Part shown: positions 52,651-64,000 of the stretch, one piece after another
Layout of the letters: each line of letters opens with the position of its first letter
How positions within the stretch are numbered: position 1 is the first letter of the stretch
Source: Lama guanicoe
Lineage: Eukaryota
Assembly (NCBI GenBank): GCA_013239625.1
Contig: MU056050.1
Coordinates: forward strand, 2,900,084 to 2,964,083
Direction of reading: 5' to 3'
DNA length: 64,000 nucleotides
Notes under the pieces: generated by a model
What the model saw: only the letters and a program-made list of their open reading frames with translations
Told to the model about the DNA's origin: nothing
Database searches by the model: none
Made by a program: the position numbers and the translations under genes

Positions 52651-55481
52651 TGACTTTCCATACATTTTTCTTCAGCTAAGCTCCTCCCAGTGCCTCTCTC
52701 CAAGCATTTTAAAAACATAGCTGCAGTTTCTCCCTTTAGTTGGACAATGTATTTTGTAAGTAAAGAGAATTAAAATAGGGCTGTGTATATACAATGAAGT
52801 TTGACAGAAAAGAATTCAAATACAGTAAAACAATTTTGAAAACAAAATGTTTACTACTAGTCTTGAAAACAATCCACTTAATAGTTATTAGTTTAAAAAT
52901 TTACTTATTTTTATTCTCATCATTGTACTTTATTCAGTACTTAATCTAGGCCAGGCACTGGTTTAATCCATATTGTGTCATTTTATCCTCTATACGCCTG
53001 TAAGGAAGGTAGGAACAGTATCTCTATTTTACAGATGAGGAAACAGTGGCTCAGAGATGTTAGTAATACATTTGAACTCAGTTGTATCTGCCTGATTCCA
53101 AAATCTCTGGTTTTAACTACTCTAAACGCTTTCTAAGTTTTCCAAATTTCACGGGACCCAAATGGGAAAGACAGAGTATGGTTTAAGGGTCACTGAAAGG
53201 CCTGCCCACCTGCCTTAAAAATACCTTTACTATAGAAAAGCTTTTCTAGAAGGACACAAACTTCAGCGACCTTAAAGACATATACTGCTAAATCTGACCA
53301 AATAAACTTAGAAAACTTCTACATGGTTAAAAAGAAAAGAAATGACAAACTTGGAAAATATTTGCAAAACATATGAGAGACAAAGGGATGCTTTTCTTAA
53401 TTTACAGAAGAGAAAGATCAGTGGCTCAGTAGAAAAACTGGCAGAGAATATGAAAGTGAGTTTACTGGAAAAGAAATACAAATGGTCACAGCAGATAAGA
53501 AATGACACTCAACTTCATTTATAACTAAATTCCAATTAAAGCTACAAGTTACAAGCTACCATTTCCCACTGATCAGATGGGCATATATTAAAAGGCTTAA
53601 TGATACATTTCAAAGATCCTCTTCTTTACCAGTTTTGCTGCCTAGATTCAGTTAGCCTGAGAATCTGCTTAACTTAGGAAAAAACAACAACAAAAACAGC
53701 TTAGCAGCTGTCTTTCTTATGTGCATATAACTTAAGTCATTAGTACTTTCAAAATGCTGGTCTAAATGTCCTCTGTGGTGCCATCTGTACTCCTTGGTCT
53801 GAAGTGGCCAAAAGATGCAATTAATTGATCAATTATAAAATAAAAATGGGCTTCCTGGCTCCATTTCCAGCTGTGTTTTAGCCCGTGATGATGTTAAAAT
53901 AATGGATTTCCAGAGACATCTGGGCTTGCTGCATGTTGTTTGAGTTTTACACTCTACACCTGCTAATTCATCCAGTGTTGCTGGAGGATCAATGAAGCTA
54001 AAAACATTTTCTGATGACTCCTCTGTTGTGGAGTGAATATTCTTCGTTCCCTGGGAAGTCAACACACTGTAGATTTCAGATTCCTTCAAGAATCAGCAAA
54101 GCATGCTAGACTCACCAGGGAACAACTTCCTTATTTCTTTGATTTCATAGTCAGCTCCAAGCATTTGGTAAACTTGAAATTACTGGGCCATCTTATACTG
54201 ATGGTGGAGCAATATGGGGCCGTGATCAAAGCTTTAGCTCTAATACAGTTTCATGTTTTAGAACCTCAAAAACAAACATTTTGCATTGAAAGAAAGTTCC
54301 TAATTAACTTCTGAAGAATTTGAACATTAAAACATCTTATCCTGCTGGAGAAGACTGATAAAGCAAACGTACTACCTTCTGCTGAAGAGAAACTGTATTT
54401 AGAAGGAACTTGCTATTCTCATAAAACTTTTAATAGGAAGAAGTGAATCAAATTCCTTAATTACCATTTTATGGTTGGTAAAAGGGCAAATTACATGCCA
54501 TCCATTTCTAAACTTCTAAATGTCTCTGGTGCTTTTAATTAAAGCTGCCATCTAGAAACTACTAAAGCAATTTTACGCAATTAGTTATTTATAGGTTACC
54601 ATAATACACCACTCAAAATATGATTTAAGTGATTTGCAGTCTGTTAGTGTGTGATCTCTGTCATTTTTGTTTGTGGGGGCGGGGGGTTCTTTTTATCAGC
54701 TGAGGTGATTCTTAAGTGGACAGATAAGAAAGATGGGACAATGAAGAGCTGTGATAAGGAAAGTTATTTCGGCTAGTGATCTTAAATAAAAAGAGGAAGA
54801 ATCATAATTCCATCCCATCTGTCTTGATATGTAGGGGGTCTAAGTTTCATTCTAGAGGATACTGCAGAGAAGTATATCATTGCTATTCCCCCATCTCTAC
54901 CCACTTTGCTGCCATTCGGCCAGAGACCTAGCACCACCCTTTATCATGCTCCCTGGAGTACTTCCCATCTGGCATGTCCCCCTCAGGTGATCTGATCTAT
55001 CCAAACACATCCATCCCATGCTCCATGTCCTCCACGCCCCTATTAAGTGTTTTAATGTGGAATTAATGTGTTGCTCTCCTAGGCAAATATCCAGCACTCA
55101 ATGCTGAAGTTCACATCTGAAGAAAACCCTTATGGAGTGAATTTAATGGTGAAATGGCAGGCTGCTGAGGGAATTATTTTGGTAAGGTGGGTCTCGGGGC
55201 AGGGGTGCTCCTCAAAATACAACTTGTAGAAAGAACCAGCACTAGAATGACTACATCTCAAGGTCAGGAGGGATCAGTTAGTAAATCCACATATAATACC
55301 TGAATCCCAGCTACCTTGACTCCTGTTTCTTTTGTGGCACCATTCCACCCTTGAGACCTTTATCAAGTCTCAGAGTGACTTACAAGGACAACTGGAAACT
55401 TTCCTCCTTTCAGAGTAACTTATTCCATGTTTGGGTCACTATTATAAGCAGCATTATTATTATTAGCAACAAAACAGTGCT

Positions 55482-55650
55482 GGGGGAGAGGGTACAGCTC
55501 AGTGGTAGAGCACCTGCTTAGCAAACATGAGGTCCTGGGTTCAGTCCTCAGTACCTCCATTAAAAAAAAAAAAGATTAAAAAAAACCTAACTACCCCTTC
55601 CCACCAAAACAAATAAACAAACAAAAAAGATGCCCATTTTCAAAAAAAAA
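55482..55650 (+). mobile_element. tRNA-Ala-derived SINE (Vic-1-like)
   Basis: gggtacagctcagtggtagagcacctgcttagcaaacatgaggtcctgggttcagtcctcagtacctcca, then A run, 'cctaactacccc' and A-rich tail. Confidence 0.85.
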
Positions 55651-56559
55651 CCCCCAAACCAGCACCTGATCATAATAGCAGGTGACATTTCACGTGCACA
55701 CACTACAAACAGGGCACTGCCCTTTACAATGCACTGCGCACGCAGTACCGAGCACTCTCATGTGGGCATGATTACTAGAGCTCTAACTTCTCCCACAAGG
55801 AAGCTGAAGCTCAGGGAAGTTAGCCGACTTACTCAAGGTCACACATGGGGCCTTTGCACTCAGTTGTTTGACTCCAGAACCTGGGAGCTTATCTCTCATG
55901 GTATTTGGCCTCTAAATTATTATCTGTTGGCTAGTATCTTATACATGCATGAAAATTAAAATAAATGCTGAAGAAAAAGTCATTTAATAATGTATTTGTA
56001 GCTTTAGAAAACTGGAATGAACTTAATACAGGTTCCTCTGTATTAACCATGGATGTGACCTGGACCAATTAGCCCAGGCAAGATGGAAGTGCTTTCCTTT
56101 GGTCTGACTTCTCCACCAAGAGCTTATGGCTTTAGGATTGTCACAGAATAGGCAGGGAGGTTCTCGAGTTCCAGCTGCTGACATAATATCAGGTCTAAAT
56201 CTTTTGAAAACATTTATAAGCAGATGTGTTAGACCAACCGTGCAAATAACAAGCTAAGCCCTCATTCTGGTTGCATCACAGGTTCCAGGTCCTCAGGTGC
56301 AGCTGCCTGACACGGAGAGACCAACACTACAGCTTAGGAGAGAGATACCCAGGAGCGGAAGCTGCACAGGGTCACTGAGCAATAAGGAGCAAATATTTTG
56401 CTGAATTTTAAGGCTTTAAATCTGTTTTTCTCAAGATGCCTCGGATTCTAGGACAAGGATAGGGGAGGAAAAGTCTCACAGGAAGTGCCTTGAAGCTGCG
56501 CTGGGAATTTGGCCCTGGGTGGGAGGAGGTTGATCTCACCCAGAAAGCTGACTTTGCTA

Positions 56560-57450
56560 AGTGGCTCTTTCAAATCTTTCCCACATACCTCAACGCCTAA
56601 CCTGACTTCCTCATTTTCAGCAGAAGAGGTCCATTTCTCCAGAACACTGAGGCTATCAGAATGGAGTTCCATCAGCCGTCTAGCTTCTTCTGTCCACAAA
56701 CATCCTCATCCCTATACCTACACATTATCTTAGGGTTGTCTTTTCCATCTCCCCTCCCGTTCAAGGTCTATTCCAGTTTCCTCCAGATCTGGTTTCATCA
56801 TTTATTCTCTGTCTCCTGTATCTTTCTATTTACCTATAATTGTTACTGTGTCTCTTACAGAAAAAGCCTGCCCTGGGTGCCTTGTCCTCTCACTACTTAC
56901 CACTTTCACATCCAAGCCTCTCAGAAGAGTGATCTTCTCTAGTGGTATTTACTTTCCCGCCTCTCATTGGCTCATTCAATGACTGAAATCTGGCTTCTGC
57001 CTCTATCACCATTCAAACCACCAATGGCAGGGTCACCAATGAGCTCCTCATTGCCTAAACCAGTGGCTACAAATGTGACATTTGATCTTGTTTTCCACAC
57101 CTTCTTGAAACAAACTATTCCCTCAGTTTCCTGGATACTAAGCTTTCCTTATTCAGTTCCCCTTCTTGTGAAGGTTTGTTCTCTGTCTCTTTCATTAGAT
57201 CCCCCTCCATTGCCTACCCCATAAATATTAGTACGCCCTATGATTTCTTTGCTCCTGCGTCGCTCCAGCATGTTTACCGTCACAATAATCTATCAAAAAT
57301 GCATGCATCAGATGATCCTGTCACTTTCCTGCCTCAAATCCTTTGCCTAGAGAACAAAGCCCAAACTTCTTACTCTTGCCCTGTTCCTCCTATTACCCTC
57401 AAATATTTTTACTTTAATAATACTTAATTATTTATAGTTTCCTAAATATA
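56560..57450 (+). mobile_element. Degraded L2 fragment
   Basis: 'tctggcttctgcctctatcacc...gggtcaccaatgagctcctcattgcctaaaccagtgg' resembles L2 body. Confidence 0.5.
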
Positions 57451-58937
57451 CCATTCACTTTACTCGGGCTGTGGTTTGCCTGTAGTTTTGGTGAGGGCTG
57501 GTCCTACTGTCAGCCCAAATGGTCAATTTCATCATAAGGGTTCCTGTACTAGAGGAATTTAGGGAAAGCCTTACTGCACCCCACTGGACAGAACCAAAAG
57601 AACATTCTCATACCTGTTTGTGCACTACACCCTCCTGCTCACAGATACCAGTGACATCAGCAAGATGTCACTGATTAGAGTTTTAGCATCTTTCCATTAA
57701 TCCCAAATTTAGCCTTTCAGAATAGCATGTAGACACCTGGGGAGGCAGTAGAGCTTCAGAATGTACCTCAAATAGATCTGGGTAGGGACAAAAACAGATT
57801 GTTTTTGTCTAAACTTTATCATACCCAGCTTCTTAATTGCCAATAAAGTTTAAGGAACTCCTTTATGAATAACCTAAAAACACTTTTGGAAGCTGTCAAG
57901 TTTTAAGGATCATTTCCCTCCTTGGGAACAGCTCAGGGGCTGTTTGTACTTGTGTGGATGTTGCCTAAGTCCTGCTGAGTTCTGAGGTCAGTCTGCCTAA
58001 AGATGTACATGAAAAGAGAGATGTAATCTTTAGTGAGGTCCAAGAAAACCAAATTAAATCATTGATTAATTTCATCCTGTCCAGTCACTCCTTCACCCTC
58101 TGTATCTACTTAAAAAAAATGTATTCAGCTTGTCACAAATTTTATTTTATATCCCCACCTAGTACCATTTCACATTCTGCTTAAGTACTTGGTCATCTAT
58201 TACATGACTCATTAGTTTGAGTTCTCTGTAGAATTAAAGAAAGTTGCAGTAAAAATAATAAATGGAACCTAAGTTTCAACTACATCATCCATGCATGTTT
58301 TAAAAGCATCTTTCAAAGTCAATTCAAACTCATATACAATGCCAGGGATTAGCACACCATCAACCTCTTTGCTAAACTTTTTTCCTTGCCCCATTACATT
58401 GAAGTATTGATGAGTAAAATGGCAAATGTTTCTCTTTATTGGGATTCAAATCAAAGTGCGTAAAACTGGATCAGATGAAGACTTCTTCCCAGGAGAAGAA
58501 CCCAGGGGCTATCTTATACAAAACTCCATTCAGGAAAACTTCCATTTTCCCTTTAAACAGATTTTTTAGCTACCAGTTGTAGTCAAGAAATTTAATAAAG
58601 TTAAGGTTTCCTGACTCCATCTCTTAAGAAAAAGTTGTGAAGTTCCTAATTGCAGAATCTTCCAAAGAGACGTGACAAGGTTTCCTGGAGATTTATCTGA
58701 GCAATTACATTTACAGATGATGCAAATGCTGTCATGTGCTCTATGGGTCCACTACTGGGTTAGAAAAATCAGAGAAATAGTTTTAATAGGAAAAGGAAAC
58801 TAGACTAGAAGTTATTTACCTTCCAAATAAAAATATTTTGTTCTTATTGAATACATGTCACTAGATTGAAAAGTATTTTCCACTATTTCCTACCCTCCAG
58901 GAGAAGCCAACAGAGATCACAGATTTTAGCTGAAGGA

Positions 58938-59210
58938 GAGGCAGTGTGGTATAGTGGAGGCATCAGACTTATTTCCCTTTTTTTTTGCCTCATGGACTTT
59001 GGAGTCAGGCAGACCTGGTTTGAGATCCAGTGTTATCTGTAAACTGTCTGACCCTAGGTAAATTTCCTAACCTAGCTGGGTCTCTCTCTCCTCATCGATG
59101 CAATGGGGATAACACTATTTACCTTGTGAATTGTGAAGATTAGCGATACTGTGTGTAAATATCTAACACGGTGTACAGCACACAACAGGCACTCAGTACG
59201 TTATAGCTAT
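58938..59210 (+). mobile_element. MIR SINE
   Basis: 'ggcagtgtggtatagtgg...actttggagtcaggcagacctggtttgagatcc...cctcatcgatgcaatggggataac'. Confidence 0.75.
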
Positions 59211-59392
59211 GGCTTTTTAATACATCAGAGCTGGGAGGGAGATCATCCCAAGCCCTTCAAGTTACAACTGAGAAATCTCAGTACCCAGTGTTTAAATGAC
59301 CAGCCCTGCATAACAAAACTAGTCAATGGCATCATTAAGTCTATGTCAGTGTTCAGGGAGGTAGTCACACAGGACCATTTAAAGAGTGAAGT

Positions 59393-59490
59393 GGGGGTAT
59401 AGCTCAGTGGTAGAGTGTGTGCTTAGCATGCACAAGGTCCTGTGTTCAATCCCTAGTACCTCCATTTAAAAAAAAAGAAATACAACAAAA
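59393..59490 (+). mobile_element. tRNA-Ala(AGC)-derived SINE head or tRNA retropseudogene
   Basis: 72-nt GGGGGTATAGCTCAGTGGTAGAGTGTGTGCTTAGCATGCACAAGGTCCTGTGTTCAATCCCTAGTACCTCCA followed by an A-rich tail; no CpGs remain. Confidence 0.8.
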
Positions 59491-61769
59491 ATATAACTTG
59501 AGAGGAAAAAAGCCCAAAGAAACAGTGGCATTACCTGGATTGAACATGAAAGCCTAGGCTCCATAACTCAGTATTCAGCAATATTTGCTGCCATTTCTCA
59601 AAAAAAAAAAAAAAAACAAAAACCCAAAAAACCCCCAAACCCCAAATCCCATGGCTTTTGACCTTTCACCTTTTGCTGACTGGTTTTAATCCCATTTGAT
59701 AATTTATTCCAATGTTAGGACAAATGATCTCAAAAACAAATTTTATTTCATCCTATTTTTAGAATAGATTCAGAAAATAAATTAGCTGTCTTGAAGATTA
59801 ACATTTATTTGACTTACCTTGCATAATTAAGGACATGTTGGAGAGTCTGCCTGTAATTGCAATATGTTGCTTTTTAAAGTCTTAGAGCGAGCTTTCTTTC
59901 CTAACCTAGAAATGGTGCTCCCTAGATGTACATTTCCATTTTCTACTGATCTACAGCTTTTCTTTATTAGCTTCTAGGTGGAGAGAAAAATCAAACCTCT
60001 CCTTAAAGAAATCCATTAAACATTTCTGTCTTCTAAGGGGGAAGGATGAAGGAGCTGACGTGCACGGTAGCTGTAAGGCAACAAACAAATTGGGCTTTCT
60101 TAAGAGATAAAGAACCTGCAGGAGAACCTCAAAGACATAATTAGCAATTAGCAATACTCTCCCCTCAATTTGCACACTGTGCTTTAATGACTTCTCACAT
60201 GATTTTTCCACCTTCTATGGAAGTCTATGAAATTGCCCTGCAGCATTCCATATAATGAGAATCTCATTCCTGATTCACTGCCAAGGGTTAAGTGATGTCT
60301 GTATTCAGCGTGGAGATAGATGCCCTAGCTAGGCAGGTCTGACCAGCATTTTCAGAGCAACTGATGTCTGGACATAGGTTCAGCTATCTGAGTGATTTTT
60401 GAAGATCACTAACAGGATCCTCAAGCACTCTTAACATGGTTAAAGGAGATGTGATGGACACTTAAGTGTGAGCCATACATTACCTTCCTTTGAACATCCT
60501 CATTCACTCACTGGATCACAGCAGATGTTACCAATAGCAGCCTTTAGTACGTTATGTGAAAGCTGTCTTGGATGGATTAGATATTCAGCTGTCTGAAGCC
60601 TGGGCCAGCTGTTCTTAAGGTCCCTTACCGCCTCAGGATGAACAAAGTGTACCAGATTATTGTAAAGGCCACTCTTAGATAGAAAGTTGGGTAAATCAAG
60701 CCAAAGGAAAATGCACTACTAGCTGTGACAAGAAGAAAAACTTAGTTTAATACTAACTTTAATAGATACATAAATTTTTGGCACTCTCATTACTGATGCA
60801 TCAAGAATTCATGTAAATCCTGCTCATCAGGACTATTACTGCTGCTTTCCAAGCCAAACAAAAACAAAAACAAAAACAAAAAATTGCAGTGAATCAATTA
60901 TTTGCTTTATTTGGAAAAGCTGAGATATTTGTCCTCTGTGTGGCAGGTTGAATGTGGTAGGTGAGATGAGTGGTTTTCATATTAGCAGCAACTCAGGAGG
61001 ATGTCAATTTCAGGCACCAGACAAGCTTGATTCCTCCCTATTTCTCATGTAGAAATCTTTATAATACCTGCAAGAGTTTTAAACCTGTGTAAAAGGTGGG
61101 ACCCAGCCTGATGCAGTTCCTTGAAAGATGAGCTGATTATATATAGCACCTGAGTTATGCATTCACTCATTAAATATTTATTGTGGACCTACTATGTGTA
61201 CCAAAGAATTCTGGCACAAGAGAAAAAAGTAATGTTCCCAAACACTTTACCATGATACCTGTGGGTGAGAGTACTTACGTTCCCTTAGGGAAACAAGGTC
61301 ATCCCCTTTAAGTGCCACTGAAGTTCCTTTTAGGAACACTTGGGTATGGATAAGAGTTACCTAATTGATCAATTACACAAGAAGCATGTGTAGTGGATCT
61401 CACACTATGCAAGATATTGCTATGGAGGTGGGGAAGAGTCAAAAGAAATATTAGATGTAGTTTCTCATCTCAAGCAGCTCACTTTGGTAATAAAAAAAAC
61501 ACCCCTCATATTCATGAAAGAACTGGAAAGTAAAAGAAGGCAAGATGTAATCAGGTGCTAATTGGGTAGTGTAGACACAGTTACAGAAATTCAGATTTAA
61601 TGGGCTGGGGTTAGCCAGAGGGCTTTATGAAAGGACATAGGCCTTGAAGAAAGGGAAAGCTTTAAATTCTGACTGTAGTTGAAATTTAATCCCCATATGG
61701 CAAATGTCAAATAGCTAAAGCGTAACCTCTTAATATTTGAAATAATAAGTGACCGCCTAACAAATTAAA

Positions 61770-62050
61770 CATATTGACCTCACTATATTTTTTGGCATGG
61801 AAAGGTGTTCATAATACATTAAGTATGAAAAGCAGGTTACAGAACAGAATTCTATAGTATGATTTCATCATTAGATAATAAAATATATGATATGCAGAGA
61901 AAAAAGTCTAGGAGGATATATATTCAAATGTTAACAGTGGTTTTCTAGATATGGTAGGATTATGGGTGACCTTAATTAAAAATGTATTTGTTGTGTGTTT
62001 TCTCTTTTCTAATTTTTCTTCAACAGTTGTGATTATGTGTGTAATAGTAA
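61770..62050 (+). mobile_element. Old L1ME-like 3' fragment
   Basis: 'aagtatgaaaagcaggttacagaacagaat...aaaaagtctaggaggatatatattcaaatgttaacagtggtt'. Confidence 0.55.
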
Positions 62051-62947
62051 AAAAAAAAATTAGGTTCTTAAAACCCACTAAAATGAATACTTCACAAAAC
62101 TTACTGAAATAAAAACACACACCATCTTGGAGAAGGAACAGAGAAGAATGATTAAATAATTAAGGAGAAAAGGTGGATGATATACAATGACAGACTTAAA
62201 AGTTAACTGTCCTTCAGGTTAGTGGCCTAAGATGGAGATATAATCCAAGTCTATAAAATCATGAGGCTGACTTGGGGAACACAGATTTATTTACAAATCC
62301 CAGGCAACAGAATAGAGGGTTGGCCCTTGAAGATTGAGAAGTTAAATTTAGTATGAATAACAGTAAGACCAGTCTCTCACAGAAGGCAAAAAAAAAAAAA
62401 AAGAATTTGTTATAGTAGGAGTGATATAAATTGAAAATATAAACAGCTTTAAGAATGATTTAGATAAATGATAAATTAATGGAAAGAAGGTTCATTAAAG
62501 GTTGGTTGCTACACAAAACCCAGAAATGTCTAAAGTCTGTGAGATAGTCAATATATTTGAAAGCAGTATAAGGTGGCACAGACCTGACCCCAACCAGTGC
62601 GGACCACGGTGCTAAAGCCCTCCTCCTTGAGGCTCTGCTGGGCCGGGAGGTAACCCTTTAGTTATTGGGCTGTAGGGAGTCTCCAGGAAGATCCTGGGGA
62701 TGGGTGGGGGTCAGGGACCAGGGAGACAGTGGGTTCTGGTCAACAATTATTTACCAACCGGAAAAGAAGTATTTTAATATTTTCGTAACAGTTATGACTA
62801 TTCTAATGCATTTTGGCCACAAATTAGTCCTGGGTGTGCCTATCTTCCAGGATAGACTTCAGAGAGGGGTGGACAACAGTGCAGCAACATTCTTGGGATT
62901 CTGTGAAGTCAAATGAAATCTTTAGATGACAAAAGGATTTTTTTTAC

Positions 62948-63180
62948 CTCGAGGGCTGTTCAGCGAAGCTTCTGACGCTCTTCCTCCATCTCCACAGTGA
63001 CTCTGGTCAAAGGGAAGGCACTGATCACCTGTTCCGGCCACCACTTCAAAATTCTTGGACAGATCTTTTGTCTCCACAAGAGATTTCAACTTGTACACTT
63101 TTCGAGTATTGGTGTCTGATAGATAAAGTGATTCAGACACAGGGTCCATAGCCAGATAGTATTTGTGAGCAGGACTTGTG
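62948..63180 (-). CDS. TENM1: Teneurin-1 coding exon (233 nt, phase 2 to 1): [78 protein letters not shown](G); NHL beta-propeller
   Basis: Translation matches the teneurin-1 NHL region. Acceptor ttttctcttccttag|CACAAG at 63181/63180; donor CGAG|gtaaaa at 62948/62947. Joins in frame to the next exon (G|GC = Gly). Confidence 0.96.
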
Positions 63181-64000
63181 CTAAGGAAGAGAAAAATAAA
63201 GTTATTCAAAGCAATTTGTTCAGTATACCCCCAGGGTCCGCCTTTTGTCACAAATAGAAAATTCTCTTAAGAGATGAAAGAATGTATTTTCCTTCTTATG
63301 TACTGAGAAGATGGATACCTCTTTGTTTTTCCAGTAATGGGTTTGAGTATAAAAAATTCAATGTGTACTGTTAAATTGTAATGATCCTAATATTCCAACA
63401 CCATCCATTTGGAGGCAGAGGAAGAAGCAGAAGAGAGAAAAATCCCAGGAGATCCTTTTTCTCATACATACCTTTCATACCCAGTTCTCCAATGACCTAC
63501 TAGATGACTGCCTGGATGTCTCACAGTCACCTCAAACTCAACAAATCCAAACAGAAGTCATTCTCTTCCTGCCTTCCCCATCCTTCAAAAACCTACTTCT
63601 TGTCTTCTGAGCTTTCTGCCTCACGTGGGGTCACTACCATCCTCACAGGCTCCTGTTGGAAATTGAAAGGCATGCACAAAACTTGAGGAGGGTGGCTTAT
63701 GGAGGGCTGTGCTGGAGATACATTGTGCCAAACCTCTCCTCGCCAAACTTCCTTTTTTTAGCTGACCACCACACTTCTCTAATCCATTTTTTCTTCTTTC
63801 AGTGCTTGATAGAAGTGATTATGTTTGATCTTTTTTCGGTATGATCACAATCACCTATACGTCCTAAAGGTGACACTCAAGTTAACCTTGATTGTATTTT
63901 GGTTATTTCCGAAACTCTTCAATTACATATTCACATAGGGTCCTGTGTTATTTTTATCTGCATACATGGCTGAGGTTGTTCATTAGTTTTGATTCTTCCT

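Noticed and set aside
55482..55560. Functional tRNA-Ala genes at 55.5 kb and 35.0 kb
   Set aside because: Stem mismatches or a mutated anticodon loop, CpG decay and SINE-type tails.
11489..62947. Two consecutive introns of nearly equal length (25,590 and 25,714 nt) suggesting duplication
   Set aside because: Repeat content and order differ and no collinear similarity is visible; probably coincidence.
1..64000. Prokaryotic systems (CRISPR, operons, RHS toxin locus)
   Set aside because: The sequence is spliced mammalian DNA. The YD/RHS-like resemblance is the known teneurin domain, and no spacer-repeat arrays are visible.

Overview
Mammalian genomic DNA, probably camelid: three tRNA-Ala-derived SINEs resemble the Camelidae Vic-1 family. 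The window lies wholly inside the teneurin-1 gene (TENM1) on the minus strand. Four coding exons have canonical GT/AG boundaries and consistent phases: 63180-62948, 37233-37079, 11488-11122 and 9686-9176 (1266 nt). They encode most of the NHL beta-propeller and the start of the YD-repeat shell. The rest is intron filled with ancient (L2, MIR, L3, MLT1, MER) and younger (L1, SINE) repeats, and most other ORF-track ORFs are spurious. Repeat family names and boundaries come from recognition by eye and are approximate. I see no clear new multi-gene system. The best oddities are: a diverged ~165-bp inverted repeat at 18.8-19.5 kb that I cannot assign to a repeat family; a retroposed, polyadenylated MaLR-LTR fragment with a perfect 12-bp TSD; a young L1 stub 23 nt from a TENM1 splice donor; an old twin-priming L1 inversion; and an NRF1/E-box/ETS motif cluster at 14.25 kb.
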